64,000 bases of DNA. Source: Rhynchopus sp. YZ270_cl-10 (Eukaryota). The position numbers and the translations under genes were made by a program. The notes under the pieces are model-generated. The model was not told the origin of the DNA. It saw only the letters and a list, made by a program, of their open reading frames with translations, and did not search any database. Numbering within the stretch: position 1 is the stretch's first letter; the number at the start of each line of letters is the position of its first letter. The DNA lies in contig OZ037845.1 of NCBI GenBank assembly GCA_964035575.1, positions 124,001 through 188,000 of the forward strand, read 5' to 3'. Positions 61,457-64,000 of the stretch are shown here, piece after piece.

Positions 61457-62113
61457 TCACGTCGTCAACCTCGCTGACTGGTGGTACTGCGACCTGACTG
61501 ACCCTGCCCTGGACGGCGCACCTTCCGACGGTGCTAGAGGGTCCTCTTTCTCCTGCATCTCCTCTGTCGGTGTGTCCTTCTTCGCCAACGGCCCTACTCT
61601 TGTCATGAGGATCCACAACCCCGCTGCGGTCACGACTGCAACCGTCACACCAATCAACACATACGCGTAGGTGGGGATGCCCTCCCCACCTCCGTCACTC
61701 CCCGACCCAGGTGAAGACGTCTCTGGCAGCATTGTTGCCAGACGCGGTGCAAAGGTGTTCATCACTCTCAACGGCGCCTCCGTCAGCGGCGAACGCGTCG
61801 CCGGTGGCGGTGGCGGCGCTGGAGGAACCAACGAGGCATTTAAACACCGCCCACTCCCTGCCGCCCAGAGACACTCTGTGTTCAGCTCGCAGTCATATTT
61901 GGTGCGCTGCGGGTCGCACACTGTGGGTACTGTATTGGGCGTGGACTGAGGAAGAGGAAGAACACCAGCACCGTTGTCACAGAAGGCAATGTTCCAGAAG
62001 CAGCCCTCCGCAGCACGCAGCGCGCAGGCAGGCTCGGCGAGGTATTGAAAGCATGAGTTGGCGGAGGTGGTGGTGGCTGCTGCGTATAAAAGGATGTACA
62101 CAAGTCGTCGCAT
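61457..62113 (-). CDS. Single-pass surface protein with Cys-rich CxW repeats and P/T-rich stalk
   Basis: Signal peptide MRRLVYILLYAAA, GCFW/ECLW Cys modules resembling those of 55285-56445, TM YAYVLIGVTVAVVTAAGLWILM. Confidence 0.8.
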   Translation of the reverse strand: MRRLVYILLYAAATTTSANSCFQYLAEPACALRAAEGCFWNIAFCDNGAGVLPLPQSTPNTVPTVCDPQRTKYDCELNTECLWAAGSGRCLNASLVPPAPPPPPATRSPLTEAPLRVMNTFAPRLATMLPETSSPGSGSDGGGEGIPTYAYVLIGVTVAVVTAAGLWILMTRVGPLAKKDTPTEEMQEKEDPLAPSEGAPSRAGSVRSQYHQSARLTT

Positions 62114-64000
62114 GGAGGTGTGTGTATGAGAGGAGAGGAGGAAAGAAGGGGAGGAGTACAGTGTGTTGCTGTGGGGAAAATGAAAGATTGTTTTGTGGGA
62201 AGATTGAGAGGTAAAAGGGGAATTGATGTTCCTTTTTTTTTTTGAAAAAAAGAAATAAATCTGGCGCAAAAGAGAAAAAAATGCGGGGAAGAAAGGCAAA
62301 TTTCTGGGCAATAAAATAAATGGAAGCCGATTGGCAATGAGGGGAAGAGAGAGAAAAAGGAGGGTGTGTGTATGGGTGTTTCGCTCAATTTTGTGACGAC
62401 CGGGGGAGGGGAGGAAAAATGAACCTCTTCCCGCCCTTTTGTCGACCACGAAAACGAAAGCTTAGCATCCCTCCTCGTTTCATTCTCTCCTCCCTACCAG
62501 ACGGTATGACTTCCGTTTTAGACCAATAATTAGCTTCAAAAGGAGAAGCAAAAAAAATGGGAAAGATTAATGTGTACAAAACACAAAAAATAAAAAAGCA
62601 AAGTTTGATGACCCTAAGCCTCTCCTCTCTTAGCTTAGGCACCTTGAAAACAGCAAAAAAAAAACAAAACATCAACAACCGTTGATTGGTTTGCCTTTAT
62701 TTTGCTGATATGGAAGTGATACACACATTTTATAAAACGGTCTCTAACAAAGGGGGTGTTTTGTTGTCGCAAAAAAAGGTTGAAAAGAAATGAGATTCGT
62801 ATATTTTCAATTTAGAAAAAATAAAAAGAAAACGGCGATATGCTGAGGGTTGGATATCCCTTTTGACGGCATCGTTTTACAGTCGTGGACTACGACGGTA
62901 TCTGATCATCTTCGATCCCCACACTCTCGTTCTTGATTAATGAAGACATTCTTGTCGAGCGAGGGTAGCTTTCTTAGAGAGAAAGCTAAAATCGGGAAAG
63001 ATAATGTGCCTCGTTTGCGCATAACATCATGCAAGTTCTTGTCAAAGAAAAAGAATAAAAAAATCAGAGCAAAACAACAACAACAGTCCCACCAATAAAA
63101 AGAAAATTTTATTTAGATGACCCTAAGCCTCATGAAGGGTCACCTTAAAACAACAAAAACATCAACAATGTTGATGTGAGGGCCTCGAAAAGACAAAGAG
63201 GCTTCGGCACTCGAAGGGCACGTATAAAAAAAAAATTGAGAATAGAAAGAAACGGAAATTTTCTGAAAATGGGAAAACACGAAATAAAAAGGCTCTTGAA
63301 AACAACCCACAACAGGCCGCAAACAAGCCGCAAGACAAAACCACATATCTAAAAAGGGCAGAATGGTTACGTCTCCGTGCCCAAGCAAGCGAGAGCCAGT
63401 CCTGCACAAAAACCAAACAAAACAGCTACCGCCAACCGACCTCTTTATACACACGCAATATCCTTCCAGAGCAATAAGAAGTCAGGTCTGCTCTCTCTCT
63501 CTTGTTGTATCGAACACCCTGTCTGTAGACAGGTTGTGAACACAGAAAAGGCTGTTTTTTTTAAAGTTATTTTTGTTGGTTTCTAACATCACACATCTAA
63601 AGGGAAAGAATTGAAAAAAGAAGACTGGTTCTTTGTAACGGTTCCTCCTCTACACTACATATGCACACTTCGGTCCATACAAGGGACGTCCCGTGTACAT
63701 GCACACACACTACTGCCCACTACTATGGGCAATACTTCGCTCTTAGCAACTACCTACATATTCTTTCAAACCACACACACATGGTTATGATCGTCCTTAT
63801 GTAGGGTAAAGCAGACGTGACACCAAACACCCCACATCCAACGAACCTTCTTCCGCAGTGGGGAATTACCCAAAAAAGAAGGCTGATATCGAACACACAC
63901 ACACACACACACACACACACCCCACATGATGCATTTTGGAGATCTGTCATTTTTCGGGGAAAAAACAGATCTTACAACGATCGCCAACACGGCGGACTTG

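Overview
Eukaryotic (protist) genomic DNA, most consistent with a euglenozoan such as a diplonemid. This is an inference from three observations: about 15 protein genes all lie on the minus strand; the receptor-type class III adenylate cyclases resemble those of euglenozoans; and the sparse GT-AG introns all start GTATG and have C/A-rich 3' ends. Genes include a long repeat-rich protein running off the left edge, a metallophosphoesterase, a kinesin-13, a Dpy-30/RIIa-Zn-ribbon-kinase fusion, three receptor cyclases or pseudo-cyclases (one with a bacterial BMP/PnrA-like ectodomain), two paralogous winged-helix-like proteins ending in an MKT1-type H(D/E)PY motif, a Ras-family GTPase and three single-pass surface glycoproteins, two of them from a 2.84-kb tandem duplication with swapped ectodomains. 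The A-rich intergenic DNA holds many non-autonomous TIR/foldback transposons and heptamer satellites. Most notably, it holds dozens of 35-60-nt hairpin elements of several sequence families, all in one orientation. Three of these families share a covarying stem with a bulged A and a C(GAGA)G tetraloop on the gene-sense strand, and they are insertion-polymorphic between duplicated segments. All calls come from reading the sequence by eye; no database searches were run.
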